Shown: positions 1-10,524, numbered from the stretch's first letter. The stretch: DNA of 17,059 bases from Octopus sinensis (GCF_006345805.1 NW_021825057.1:1-17059); one strand, 5' to 3'. Program-made: numbers and translations. Notes: a model not told the origin generated them from the letters alone.

Positions 1-60
1 CTTGGATTAGAAAAAAAAAAGTATTTTTCTTTTAATATTCAATATTATATTTCCATTTAA

Positions 61-453
61 GGCGGCGAGCTTGCAGAAACGTTAGCACGCCGAGCGAAAT
101 GCGTAGCCATATTTCGTCTGCAGTTACGTTCTGAGTTCAAATTCCGCCGAGGTCGACTTTGCCTTTCATCTTTCGGGGTCGATTAAATAAGTACCAGTTA
201 CTCACTGGGGTCGATATAAACGACTTAATCCGTTTGTCTGTCCTTGTTTGTCCTCACTGTGTTTAGCCTCTTATGGGTAGTAAAGAAATAGGTATTTCGT
301 CTGTCGCTACGTTCTGAGTTCAAATTCCGCCGAGGTCGACTTTACCTTTTATCCTTTCGGGGTCGATTAAATAAGTACCAGTTGCGCACTGGGGTCGATG
401 TAATCATTTAATCCCCTCTCCTAAGCTGCTCTTGTGGCAAAAAAAAATTGAAA
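61..453 (+). mobile_element. Dimeric tRNA-like SINE (family A), with probable ~20-bp target-site duplication
   Basis: Two tandem units share gttctgagttcaaattccgccgaggtcgacttt..ctttcggggtcgattaaataagtaccagtt (B-box-like GAGTTCAAAT). Homologous copies lie at 8013, 10050, 10731 and 15036. Flanks tcaatattatatttccatttaa (39-60) and tcaatattatactttcattaag (454-475) look like a TSD. Confidence 0.85.
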
Positions 454-1036
454 TCAATATTATACTTTCATTAAGTCCAACTACTTTGTCACTGTTTGAT
501 TAGATAACCTTAAAATCTCTTTTTCTGGGTAAATGATTGAGGATTGTCCAACAATAGATTAAATTGAGTTTTCGAATCATAATTACAAATGATGGATACT
601 TAGCAACCTTTGGTCATTATGCTGTGGAAGTCTTCAATGAAAAAAGTGACTATTTTTACCATATTCAATGAAGGAGACAAGTATAAAATTGTTGAAAGGA
701 GGGATTGGTACATTTACCGAAAGTGAAAAACTGCTATGTTTTGATTAACGAACTACAAGAATGTTTCAAACGGATATCACTATTGACAACAGGTTCGGTT
801 TAGGATATGTGCATGCCAGGAGGAGACACGTTGGAGGGAGAGTCGTTGAGGAGGTGACAGGATGTGTAACGAAAGATTTCAGACAAAAGACAATAAAATA
901 TGAATAATAATAATAAAGCTGAAGTGAAGATCAAATATATAGTGCGTGTGGTTAATTGGCAAGAAATATGACCATCCCCAAATATAAAAGTATATGTTTC
1001 AACCAACGATTTCACATCAGGAAGCGTATATATATA

Positions 1037-1260
1037 CAGTTGCGGCCAAAATGTTCAGAACGGCATTGCTTTCGTCAGAAAAGTAGGTATAAGTTTTTAT
1101 CAAAGTTGTTTTATACTCTATAATTTTCACAGACAATAAATACAATATTATTTGTTATTGCCTGAGATTTTGGTGTAATTTGAGAGGATAATACAAAAGT
1201 TATGGATGATTTAGTGATTCACTGCAAAAATCATGGCGGCCAAAATGATCAGAACGGTTG
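1037..1260 (+). repeat. Left terminal inverted repeat with two 22-bp direct repeats (1042-1063, 1236-1257)
   Basis: The outer DR gcggccaaaatgttcagaacgg and inner DR gcggccaaaatgatcagaacgg differ by 1 nt. About 10 mismatches and no gaps against the reverse complement of 2422-2645. Confidence 0.95.
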
Positions 1261-1362
1261 CTTTTACTCCGTGTTTTAGTATATTTAACCGGCGAACTCT
1301 AATGTTTTGAATTTGTTTACGTGACATTAGTAAGAATATTTGCAGTGTACTTTGTTAATATA

Positions 1363-2375
1363 ATACCACTTACTCCGTTACCAATTCGTCAGCAGATTAT
1401 TAAGCTTCGAAGGAAGGATAATTTAAGTATTGGATCTATTGCAAAGATTGTTAACAAGTCAAAAAGTGTTGTACACGGTATTCTTAAGGTCTACGATGAT
1501 TGTGGTTCGTGTGAAGCAAGAAAGTTTACAGGTAGGCCAAGAAAAACGACCAAGAAAGAAGATCGTGCTATGGTAAAGTTGGTTAAAAAGGACAGATTTA
1601 AAACTGCTGCTGCTGTTTCTCGGAAAATGAGCATTGTATTGAAGAAAACTTTATCTCGAAAAACTGTCTCGTCGTTTAGTTGAACATGACCTACAAGCAA
1701 GAGCACCTGCTGTGAAGCCACTGATCACTTCAAGAATAAAAAGTGTCGTCTTACCTTTGCAACCGACATATGTTGTGTCTCAAGAAAAATGGCAAACGGT
1801 TGCATTTCAGTGATGAATCTAAGTTTATATGCCTTTGGCTCAGATGGGAAAAGGTACATTCGTAGAAAAGTAGGTGAAAAATTGTTGCCTAAATGCCTTA
1901 AGACTAGTGTTAAATTCGGTGGAGGAAGTGTCATGGTTTGGGAAATGATATCTGGAGATGGTGTGGGCCCTTTGGTGCGATTACATGGAAAGTTAAATGC
2001 AGGAGTTTATAAACAACTTGTAAAAGATCATGTCTTGCCTGTGCTGAGAAATTCAACTAAGCGACCACCCATATTCATGCAGGACAATGCACCATGTCAC
2101 AAGGCTAAGGTGGTCATAAACTTCCTCAAGGCTGAAAAGGTTATTGTTATAGATTGGCCAGCTCAAAGCCCAGATCTCAATCCTATTGAAAATGTGTGGA
2201 ATATTCTAGGAGAACGTTCGAAAGCCAGAAATCCTAAACAACTGAACAATTATGGAATGCCATTCAGGAAGAATGGAATAAGATCACCCAGCAAGAAATT
2301 GAAAATTTAATTTCCTCATGCAGTCGAAGATGTCAGAGTGTGATTGAAGCTAAAGGGCTTCACACTAAATATTAA
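1363..2375 (+). pseudogene. Tc1-like transposase, frameshifted (paired-like HTH, GRPR linker, DD34E)
   Basis: HTH region and GRPRKTT occur in ORF 1321-1683. HFSDESKF has its D at 1812. QDNAPCH (D 2083) is followed by exactly 34 residues and then E (2188) in SPDLNPIENVW. The C-terminus ..CQSVIEAKGLHTKY* ends at TAA 2373-2375. About 7 small indels break the frame, and the likely start codon reads ATA (1363). Confidence 0.93.
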
Positions 2376-2421
2376 ATAATTCCAGTATTCTCTGTCATTT
2401 TTAATTATTTTGTTATTTTTT

Positions 2422-2645
2422 CAACCGTTCTGATCATTTTGGCCGCCATGGGTTTTGCAGTAAATCAATAAATCATCCATAACTTTTGTATTATCCTCTT
2501 AAATTACACCAAAATCTCAGACAATAAGAATTAATATTGTATTTATTGTCTGTGAAAATTATAGAATATAAAACAACTTTGATAAAAACTTATACCTACT
2601 TTTCTGACGAAAACAATGCCGTTCTGAACATTTTGGCCGCAACTG
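2422..2645 (-). repeat. Right terminal inverted repeat of the Tc1 element
   Basis: Reverse complement of 1037-1260 (~95% identical), with both DRs preserved. Confidence 0.95.
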
Positions 2646-2680
2646 TATATATATATTTATGTGTGTTCCCTCCTCCCCAA

Positions 2681-2808
2681 AACCTAGCGGTTCGGCAAAG
2701 TCACCGATAGAATAAGTACCAGGCTTGTAAGAAAAATAAGTACAGGAGTCGATTCGTTCGACTCAATCTCTTGGAGTCAGTGCACACAGCACAACCGTAG
2801 TCTAACGA
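2681..2808 (+). mobile_element. 3' fragment of CORE-type SINE (family B)
   Basis: tagcggttcggcaaag..accgatagaataagtacc..gagtcgattcgttcgact matches the 3' half of the full copy at 15724-16116 (minus strand). Confidence 0.7.
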
Positions 2809-3291
2809 GTGAAACAATTATTTTACTGGTTAAAAGATAAAATGGCTGTTACAGAGTCATGGTTTGAAGCTGTATGCCTTGTAAGATTAAATAAAAGAAA
2901 AGAACAAAAAATAAATATAACACACACAGACAAAGAAAAAACAAAACAAACGTGTCTGCATCATCTGGAAGGCCATACATATATTAGCCAAACACTTAAT
3001 AAATTTTGTGTTTCTCTTAGTGGTTCGAATGGCTAACTGAATGCACACAATGCCAAACGTCACATTTCTGCATTGCTTATAACTGAGAAAAAGTGTTTGA
3101 ATGATAGCTATGGTAAAAGCTGTTAAAAGCTGTAGATCATCGATAGCTGGACTAGAGAAAAGTCATTTTAGATTTGCATCTCATTAACAAGTAACGGTCA
3201 CTATTTGAATCACCTCCCACCACACCCATATGTATGAATATACATGTAAATATTATGTGTTCTCTTCGCTGGAGACTGCTATAATGGCAGT

Positions 3292-3292
3292 G

Positions 3293-3333
<41 letters not shown>

Positions 3334-3370
3334 GTGAGTGAGAGAGAGAGAAAGAAAGAGAGAGAGAGGA
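3292..3370. repeat. (GA)n microsatellite
   Basis: Direct reading of the sequence. Confidence 0.95.
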
Positions 3371-3450
3371 AGAGAAAGTGTATGTGCATAAGGGGAGAGA
3401 ATCACTTCTAAGTTAGTATTTTTTTCTAGTTGAAGTTGGAAAATTCTTAT

Positions 3451-3673
3451 AGGCCTAACTGTATGGTAAGTAGCTTGGTTACCAACCACATGGTTCCGGG
3501 TTCAGTCCCACTGCGTGGCACCTTGGGCAAGTGCCTTCTACTATATTCTCTCGGGCTATAGTAGTGGATTTGGTAGACGGGAACTGAAAGAAGCCCGTCG
3601 TATATGTATGTATGTATGTATATATATATGCTCCAGCATGGCCACAGTCAAATGACTAAAACAAATAAAAGAG

Positions 3674-3674
<1 letters not shown>
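3451..3674 (+). mobile_element. tRNA-derived CORE-type SINE (family B) with large internal deletion
   Basis: tRNA-like head (tggtaag..ggttccgggttcagtccc) and CORE-like accttgggcaagtgccttct, then an internal microsatellite joined directly to the 3' tail gctccagcatggccacagtcaaatgactaaaacaaataaaaga. The middle part seen in the 15724-16116 copy is missing. Confidence 0.8.
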
Positions 3675-3724
<50 letters not shown>

Positions 3725-3769
3725 ATTCACATATAAATGCTGGAGCATATATATATGTATATACATACA

Positions 3770-3830
<61 letters not shown>
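3675..3830. repeat. Compound microsatellite (TA)n(TG)n..(TACA)n(TA)n
   Basis: Direct reading. It contains a short inverted copy of 3601-3639 (see findings). Confidence 0.95.
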
Positions 3831-3836
<6 letters not shown>

Positions 3837-4404
3837 GCACACATATTCATATATACATACGTACGTACATTTACACATGCACAAGTCTCTGTGCGTGCGC
3901 GATCGTGTATTGTCATTTCTTATTTTAAGTTCGTTCTCAAAATATTTCCGTTTGTGTTCTTCAGTTTGATTACAACATATAAAGTTCCGAAGCTCATCAA
4001 TCAATATATTTAAAGGTAAGCAGCAGACATGCAGTCTTAGTTTCTCGACGAAACGTTTATTGTGTTATAGGTAGCCAGAGCAATGGTCTTAGTGCTTTCT
4101 TACTGTTAATATTACCACCGAGTTTCAGCGTTTGACTGCTGTTTTTATTTTTTTTTACTTTTAAGAGATGTGATATTTGTTAGTGACGATTCTTTTTGTT
4201 AGTACGGTTTGTGCCAGTTATAGGAATGTGTAGTGTCTATATTAATGTTCCTGCTCTTATTAAGCATTTAGATTCGTTGGGTATTCTGCATTAAAAGCAA
4301 AGGATAATTATAAGAATTCTCTGTGTAATGAATTAATTCTTATAATAATCATCATAGGGAATAATTCCTGAGCAGAGGAAGTAAATTTTCATCGGGATAA
4401 ATAT

Positions 4405-4429
4405 AATATATCTATATATCTAATCTATA

Positions 4430-4466
<37 letters not shown>

Positions 4467-4491
4467 TATATATAATATATATATATATATC

Positions 4492-4524
<33 letters not shown>

Positions 4525-4560
4525 TATATAGATATATATATATATATAATATATATATAT
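4405..4560. repeat. Degenerate (TA)n array
   Basis: Direct reading of the sequence. Confidence 0.95.
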
Positions 4561-4567
4561 TTAATGT

Positions 4568-4870
4568 GGAGGCGCATGGCTCAGTGGTTAGAGCGTCGAG
4601 CTTACGATCGTGAGGTTGTGTTCTTGAGCAAAGCACTTTATTTCACGTTGCTCCAGTTCATCAGCTGCTGTAGAAATGAGTTGCGACGTCACTGGTGCCA
4701 AGCTGTATCGACCTTTGTCTTTCCCTTGGATAACACTGGTGGCGTGGAGAGGGGAGGCCGGTATGCATGGGCGACTAGGTTTCCATAAAAACAACCTTGC
4801 CAGGACTGTGCCTCAGAGGGAACTCTCTAGGTGCAAACCCATGGTCACTCATGACCGAAGGGGGTCTTTA
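4568..4870 (+). mobile_element. tRNA-derived SINE (family C), B-box region deleted
   Basis: A-box-like tggctcagtggtta and core cttgagcaaagcactttatttcacgttgctccagtt..cagctg are shared with the copies at 7645 and 8797. Flanked by (TA)n. Confidence 0.8.
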
Positions 4871-4929
4871 TTATATATATATATATATATATATAATATT
4901 ATATAATTATATATATATATATATATACA

Positions 4930-5399
4930 TACATCCTCATCCATATGTTCCCTTTGGCCAAACGCTCGACAAAGAGTACATTGTGGAGGTCTGGGGAATT
5001 CAGAAAGAGGTTTAGTCGCAAAAGGCCAGAGCTCTTTCACTCGGAAAGGAGGCACCTACAACAGGACAATGCGTTAGTCCACAATTCCATTTTGGTAACA
5101 CACCACTAGACAGAGATGGGTATGAAAACTGCCTCTCGCTCCCTGCGGTCAAGACCTTGAGACCTGTAATGTTTGATTTCCCCTCAAGCTGAAAGAGACG
5201 AGGAAAGTAACTGCGACAAGGATCCTGGACACCTTCACTTTGGAGGGCTTCCAATGTGGTCTTCACGAAATGGGTGGAGGGTCACAACAAGTGCATTGTA
5301 GTCAGAGGACTCTACTTTGAAGGAGATTAGAGTTTTGTACTTCCTTGAAATTAATAAACGTCCCTCATGAAAGTCTGAAAACTTCTGGAATGCATCTTG
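4930..5399 (+). mobile_element. 5'-truncated, degenerate mariner (DD34D-type) transposase remnant plus 3' TIR
   Basis: Across frameshifts it reads VPFGQTLDKEYIVEV..FRKRFSRKRPELF..HLQQDNALVHNSILVT..DLETCN..KLKE..TRILDTFTLEGF..FTKWVEGHNKCIVVRGLYFEGD* (TAG 5328-5330). This matches the mariner QDNA..YSPDLAP.D and KC....G.YFE motifs. A TIR-like aaaacttctggaatgcatcttg follows. Confidence 0.85.
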
Positions 5400-5679
5400 C
5401 ACATATGCACGCACACACACGTGTGTGTGTGTATTTGTGTTTTTTCGTCGAGAACAGAGCGATTGAAAATACTCTGGCATTTTCTCCTGCTGGCTGGTGC
5501 TCTAGTCTTGAGTAATTAACTGAAGAACTTAAACAGAAATATTTGGTTATGGATTTCCCAAGCACATCATCAAGTACTAGGTTCCTTTTTAGGTACAGGA
5601 GGTAGGTTTTGAATTCAGAACATAATGAGGTGAAACAGATACCACAAGGCATCTCCTCTAACGAATTAAAATTCCATTT

Positions 5680-5785
5680 GGGATTTATTTAGCTACCTTG
5701 AAAACAGGAAAGGCAAAGTTGATTTAAGCGGAATCTGAACTCGGAGCGTAAAGAGTTGCAACAAATACCGAAAGTAGTCTATCCA
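5680..5785 (-). mobile_element. Degenerate family A SINE fragment
   Basis: gaaaggcaaagttgatttaagcggaatctgaactcggagcgtaa matches the minus-strand copy at 15036-15268. Confidence 0.65.
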
Positions 5786-5791
5786 AGACTA

Positions 5792-5792
<1 letters not shown>

Positions 5793-5853
<61 letters not shown>

Positions 5854-5880
5854 TGTGTTTGTGTGTGTTTGTGAGTGTGT
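5793..5880. repeat. (TG)n microsatellite
   Basis: Direct reading of the sequence. Confidence 0.95.
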
Positions 5881-5894
5881 ACATAAAGGGTGAT

Positions 5895-6055
5895 AAATCT
5901 CCGTCGTTCGATTATGAAGATGCAGTTTGATCGAATTAAATGACGTGTAAGTGGCTGAGTATTCCACAGACTCTTAACGCGATTATCAGGTAAAATCAGT
6001 GTGATACGGTGCGTAATAAGGTGGTTGTACCTTTTGAATTACAGGTACAATCCAC
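5895..6055 (-). mobile_element. Probable degenerate SINE body fragment
   Basis: gtaagtggctgagtattccacagac..tttgaattacaggtacaa resembles a recalled octopus SINE tail. There is no second copy in the window to confirm it. Confidence 0.4.
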
Positions 6056-6225
6056 CTGGGTGGCTTCTATACAGTCTCTGTCTACCCGTCTACCCGATTT
6101 TCACTCACAAGGTATAGGTGGATCTGAGGCAATAGAACTTGATTATTTTCCCACGATGCCACATGGCAACATCGAACCCGGCACCTTGTGGTTGCCAAGC
6201 GAACCTCATAAACATTTGGCTACAC
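6056..6225 (-). mobile_element. 5' part of family B CORE-type SINE, degenerate
   Basis: The reverse complement reads ..gcttggcaaccacaaggtgccgggttcgatg..ccttgtgagtgaaaatc..ggtagac, homologous to the head of the 3451 copy. Confidence 0.7.
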
Positions 6226-6791
6226 ACACACACATACACACATTTACATTGTGGCTGTTAAGTAATAAATAAACATTTACTGATGAAAGGCCTTGATATT
6301 GGTTGTAGAGTCAAATTTATTATATTTAGTGATTGATGTGACTTCAACTTTATTCTCTTGAGGATTATTCAAACAGTAAGCAAAAGGCAAATTTTGTAGC
6401 AGATATTTATACATAAAAAAAAATTTCAATAAAAAATGTATGGTGGAAGGTGGAGATTTGTTTGTGTGAGGTGGTTTTTAAAATTTAGTTTGTTGTCAGA
6501 CGAAGGTAGTAAATAAAATTTTAATTTATGGCGTTGAAAATGCTTTTATATATATGACAAAGGAAAAATATAAATATTGGCCAATATATTGTAGGTAAAT
6601 TAGACTTGTATAGGACTGAAATGTTTGAAATATAATCATATAAGAATAAATATAGACAACAAATATTCCAGTATTTTGCTCCCTGTATAAGCCTCGTGAA
6701 GCGATATTAGCAGTCACAATAAATATATGTGTGTGTACCTACCTACCTACCTACCTACATACGTATGTATGTATATATGCATGCATGCATG

Positions 6792-7180
6792 TATATATAT
6801 AAAGCTGAAGTTGTCTGTGTGTGGCAGGTTTGGTTGCCTTCAACTAACACTATCTCCTCCGAGACCCTGCGGCGCAAGTTGACCAAAATTGAGAGCATGA
6901 TTGAAGAAAGCTTGCTCTTCATTCCGTAGAAGATAAAATTCAAATCAGACCATGTTAAGACCCAAAATTATTTACATCAAAAAGGTGATTTTTTTCTATG
7001 AAAATCCCTATTTTTTAGGATGTTTTAACTGCTGTGTCGCCATTTTTCGGTGTATTTCAACCAGAAAAAATGTTCACTTAAAGAGAATAACAAGCTACAT
7101 AATGCAAAATTTTTACTTTTCAAAAATTCCAATTCAAAAGGGTCGAAACAAACCCGAGCAACGCCGGGCGATACTGCTAG
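6792..7180 (+). mobile_element. Non-autonomous Helitron-like element
   Basis: The 3' end has the Helitron signature: GC hairpin cccg-agc-aac-gc-cggg (7153-7168), an 8-nt spacer and terminal CTAG (7177-7180) followed by T. The 5' end merges with a TA run, so the start is approximate. No TIRs or TSD. Confidence 0.7.
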
Positions 7181-7186
7181 TATATA

Positions 7187-7220
<34 letters not shown>

Positions 7221-7222
7221 TA

Positions 7223-7425
7223 CGTGGGTGTGCTGAAAGTTCCTGGCTTTAAGGCCTGGTTTGGAAGCCCAACCTTCCGAGTTCTTTGACATGCCTTAGA
7301 AAATCTGAAGGACCGTTGCAATATGTGTGTGAATCTGAGAGGGGAATATGTTGAATAAAATCATAATTAACTAATCCTCCTATATTTTCTTTTACCCAAC
7401 GCTAGGAAGTTTTCAGCACTCCTTG
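7223..7425 (+). mobile_element. ~200-bp mariner-derived MITE (internal deletion derivative)
   Basis: Imperfect TIRs gtgctgaaagttcctggc and gctaggaagttttcagcac, with TA at 7221-7222. The interior keeps a mariner C-terminal tail LENLKDRCNMCVNLRGEYVE*. Confidence 0.8.
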
Positions 7426-7452
7426 TGCGTATGTGTGTGTGAGTATTTATAT

Positions 7453-7634
<182 letters not shown>

Positions 7635-7644
7635 CATCCGTTCA

Positions 7645-7725
7645 CAGCTGAGTAGGCTGGAGCAACGTGAAATGAAGTGTTTTGCTTAGGAACCACGATC
7701 TTGTGTGCAACACCTTAGCCACTAT
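7645..7725 (-). mobile_element. Family C SINE 5' fragment lacking B-box region
   Basis: cagctgagtaggctggagcaacgtgaaatgaagtgttttgct is shared with 8797-9048. The head is joined directly to the core. Confidence 0.7.
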
Positions 7726-8012
7726 ATGCACTACTTAATATCAGTTTACTCTGAGAGCGCATGCAATCCGGTACATAATCAAGTCATCTGTCACTAAAAG
7801 GGCACTCACAATGCCAACCTGTTGAAGAGGATTGCTAGAAATCCAGCAATACAAAAACAATATCTCTCAAAACCCAGCAGAAGGTCAATGATTTCACGCT
7901 TATACAGGAATAATGAGGAGATTTAGAAATTCCAGGGTGGTACCCGGAGCACTTCAAAGGACATGAAGTATCTTAGCTTTTTCAAAAACACTGCATTATC
8001 AGTTGCATTTCA

Positions 8013-8324
8013 GTAGCTGGCAGAAACGTTAGTATGCCGGGCGAAATGCGTTGCCGTATGTCGTCTACCGTTACGTTCTGAGTTCAAATTGACTTAATCC
8101 ATTTGCCTGTTCTTGTTTGTCCTCTCTGTGTTTAGCCCCTTGTGGGTAGTAAAGAAATAGGTATTTCGTCTGCCACTACGTTCTGAGTTCAAATTCCGCT
8201 GAGGTCGACTTTGCCTTTCATCCTTTCGGGGTCGACAAATTAAATACCAGTTGCGTACTGGAGTAGATCTAATCGACTGGCCCACTCCCCTAAAATTTCG
8301 GGCTTTGTGCCTAGAGTAGAAAAG
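8013..8324 (+). mobile_element. Dimeric family A SINE with 18-bp TSD
   Basis: Homologous to 61-453, with a deletion in the first unit. TSD attatcagttgcatttca (7995-8012) / attatcagtagcatttca (8325-8342). Confidence 0.88.
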
Positions 8325-8796
8325 ATTATCAGTAGCATTTCATCTATGAACGTTCCACCGTTTTAGATGTATGTATCTATGACTGCACCACCAATGCATT
8401 CTTCTTGCTTAATATTTCAAGTTTCTCATAGCTACAGCACCTAAATGGAGTAATGAACGTAGATCTAGGATATAGCGTTCTCAGAGTGAGGTACCGTTCT
8501 CGTTAATGGGATGGTGCTGCTGTTACACACAGACAGTCCAGACCTCACCTCGCAAAAAACAAAAAAAGTAGTGAGGAGTTACTCGTTTGGTTGGGATGAA
8601 GTCGTTCACCACAAAACTCATATCTCTAGCGCACAGACATGCTGTCTCCCTACTCTACCTTTCTACAGTGGCTTCTGATCCTTGGGATTGGATGCTCTCG
8701 TGCTATTTCCCCTTAAGCACTCTCGATTCACTCGTCTCTACTATTCTTTTCATCCATATTGTGTCTTCCGAAATATTTTTCAATTAAACACAATAA

Positions 8797-9048
8797 GGTG
8801 AAGGTAAAGTTACCTTCTCGAGTCATACTGACTCACAAGGGCTGGTTTCCCGGTTTCCATGGCGTATAAATTCCCCACCTGGACGGGACGACGCTCCGTT
8901 ACAGGATCACTCACATTTGTCAGCTGAGTGGACTGGAGCAACGTGAAATGAGGTGTTTTGCTCAAAAACACAACCTGTCGCCCGGTCCAGAAATCGAAAC
9001 CATAATCTTACTATCATGCGCCCAACAAGCTAACCACTAGCCACTGTA
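8797..9048 (-). mobile_element. Family C SINE with intact B-box and a different 3' tail
   Basis: Minus strand reads tggctagtggttag (A-box), ggtttcgatttc (B-box, 8990-9001) and core ttttgagcaaaacacctcatttcacgttgctccagtccactcagctg. The tail is unrelated to that of the 4568 copy. Confidence 0.8.
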
Positions 9049-9449
9049 CCCAGTCCTTAAACCGCAATACATCAACCTACAGGAATTCTATTCAAGTCCA
9101 TATTTTTCATACAGGCACCAACTTGGAACTGTTTCAAAGGAACGTGAAGAGTCGTTCTCATCTGCGATGGCCACAGGCAAGATTTCTTTCTCCAGACACC
9201 TCACAAAAAAAATAAAAATGTATTGAGTTCCCTCGTTGACTAAATATTTGTTAGTAAGTTTTTATGTTGTGAAATATGATTGTCTTATTTTACATAAATT
9301 TTAAGATTTTCAGCGCACTTCTTTTAACAGTATACTCGGAGCTAGGTTACCGGAAGAGTATTCATACATATTTGTTTGCTGCTTGTTTTAATTAGTTTTT
9401 GTAAAAGTACACACGCGCACAAACACCCCCACCCACATATACATACACA

Positions 9450-9452
<3 letters not shown>

Positions 9453-9507
<55 letters not shown>
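9453..9507. repeat. (TA)n microsatellite
   Basis: Direct reading of the sequence. Confidence 0.95.
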
Positions 9508-9511
<4 letters not shown>

Positions 9512-10049
9512 TGCACACATACAATATATAAGCATACACACAACACATATATATGTGGCACATATGAAGCAAACTCAATTAACCGTTATACATTATTATA
9601 ATTATCCACAAGCAAAGGCTCTCTCTTTCATGCATTTTGACGTTGGCAGAAATAATTGTCCGTACAGTTGGACATTAGCTCTCTTGCATCACTTAGTCCT
9701 CTCTCGCATCATAGAACTCAATGACAGCTATATTTCAGCATAATTGTTTTTCACTTTGTTTGTTGGTAGTGTAGTGAAGGGGTACGGTGGTGGCGATCGA
9801 GAAGGTTATATCTATCAAGTGGACAGTTTTATGGACATGACATAACTAATTGAAAAAGAGTCTTATCACCCTTAGCTTAGTGTTTCGTTCTTATAAGCCA
9901 TTGATTTTTCAAGCTTTCACTTTGTTTTCATCAGTTCAAGCAAAGTCATATCTATAAACGAACACCCGCTGTGACGGAGACCAAAACTGTACAATTAGTT
10001 AACCAACTGTTAATGTAACTAAATATTTATGTGAAGGTGGATGGACGGT

Positions 10050-10240
10050 GGATGGCAGAATCAAGAGTGGACCGGACAAAATTGCTTGCGGTATTTAACT
10101 TAAATCCTTTTAAGCTTTGAGTTCAAATCCCGTTGGTGTTTTCTTTGCCTTTTATCTTTCTGGCGTCGATAAAATAAATACAAATTAAGTGCTGGGTCGA
10201 TCTAATCGATTATCCATAGCCGTGTGCCTATGTTAGAAAA
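10050..10240 (+). mobile_element. Old, degenerate family A SINE monomer
   Basis: ggcagaatc..gagttcaaatccc..ctttgccttttatcttt..gtcgataaaataaatac..gggtcgatctaatcga matches the other family A copies. Confidence 0.7.
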
Positions 10241-10524
10241 CAACAGTTAATTTGAATGTGAGGAGAGTGGATGGAAGAATTATTACAGATTCGAACAAAA
10301 TGCGTTGTTTTAATTCATCATCATCTTCATTAGTTATCGACTTCAACTTGAACTTGAGTTGGGACACGATGACGGACGCATCACATATTCCGCTCCGTCC
10401 TTAATGCTTAGTTATGTCCAATTAAGTTCTGAGTTCAGAAGACTGGTAGGATTTAGTAAGTTGTTGTATATATAAGAATGTGTGTATATTGCGTGCTTCT
10501 ATATGTATGTGTAATATATGTTAG

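Larger units (their letters stand above)
1037..2645 (+). mobile_element. Full-length Tc1-family DNA transposon (DD34E, IR/DR type), 1609 bp, inserted in a (TA)n run
   Basis: 224-bp terminal inverted repeats start CAGTTGCGGCC and end GGCCGCAACTG. TA repeats flank both sides (1027-1036, 2646-2655). A transposase reading frame lies inside. Confidence 0.97.

Noticed and set aside
800-1015. 71-aa hydrophobic minus-strand ORF
   Set aside because: No recognisable motif; the hydrophobicity is explained by AT/T richness.
3604-4013. Overlapping 60-120 aa ORFs rich in YI/CV/HT repeats (likewise at 7423-7689, 9342-9578, 11916-12304, 13104-13353, 14332-14698)
   Set aside because: They are translations of microsatellites that happen to lack stop codons, not genes.
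4306-4350. 16-bp inverted repeat gataattataagaatt / aattcttataataatc
   Set aside because: Short and almost entirely A/T; expected by chance in this composition.
4568-4620. tRNA-like sequences with A/B boxes here and at other SINE heads
   Set aside because: They are SINE heads continuing into SINE bodies and do not form complete cloverleaves; they are not tRNA genes.
4640-4665. CUGAUGA...GAAA on the minus strand within the 4568 SINE
   Set aside because: Stem II is only 2 bp and stems I and III do not pair; the heptamer arises from a small deletion relative to sister copies.
5520-5550. CTGAAGA...GAAA
   Set aside because: The intervening sequence cannot form stem II.
5581-5608. ttcctttttag|gtacaggag|gtaggt, a possible 9-nt plus-strand microexon
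   Set aside because: Short pyrimidine tract and no supporting context; chance occurrence is likely.
6280-6300. CTGATGA-AAGGCCTT-GATA hammerhead-like string
   Set aside because: GATA instead of GAAA, a loopless stem II and no stem I.
9115-9176. Possible plus-strand exon (tttttcatacag acceptor, CAG|GCAAGA donor)
   Set aside because: Needs a rare GC donor, the peptide is not recognisable, and it conflicts in strand with the better 13414-13459 candidate.
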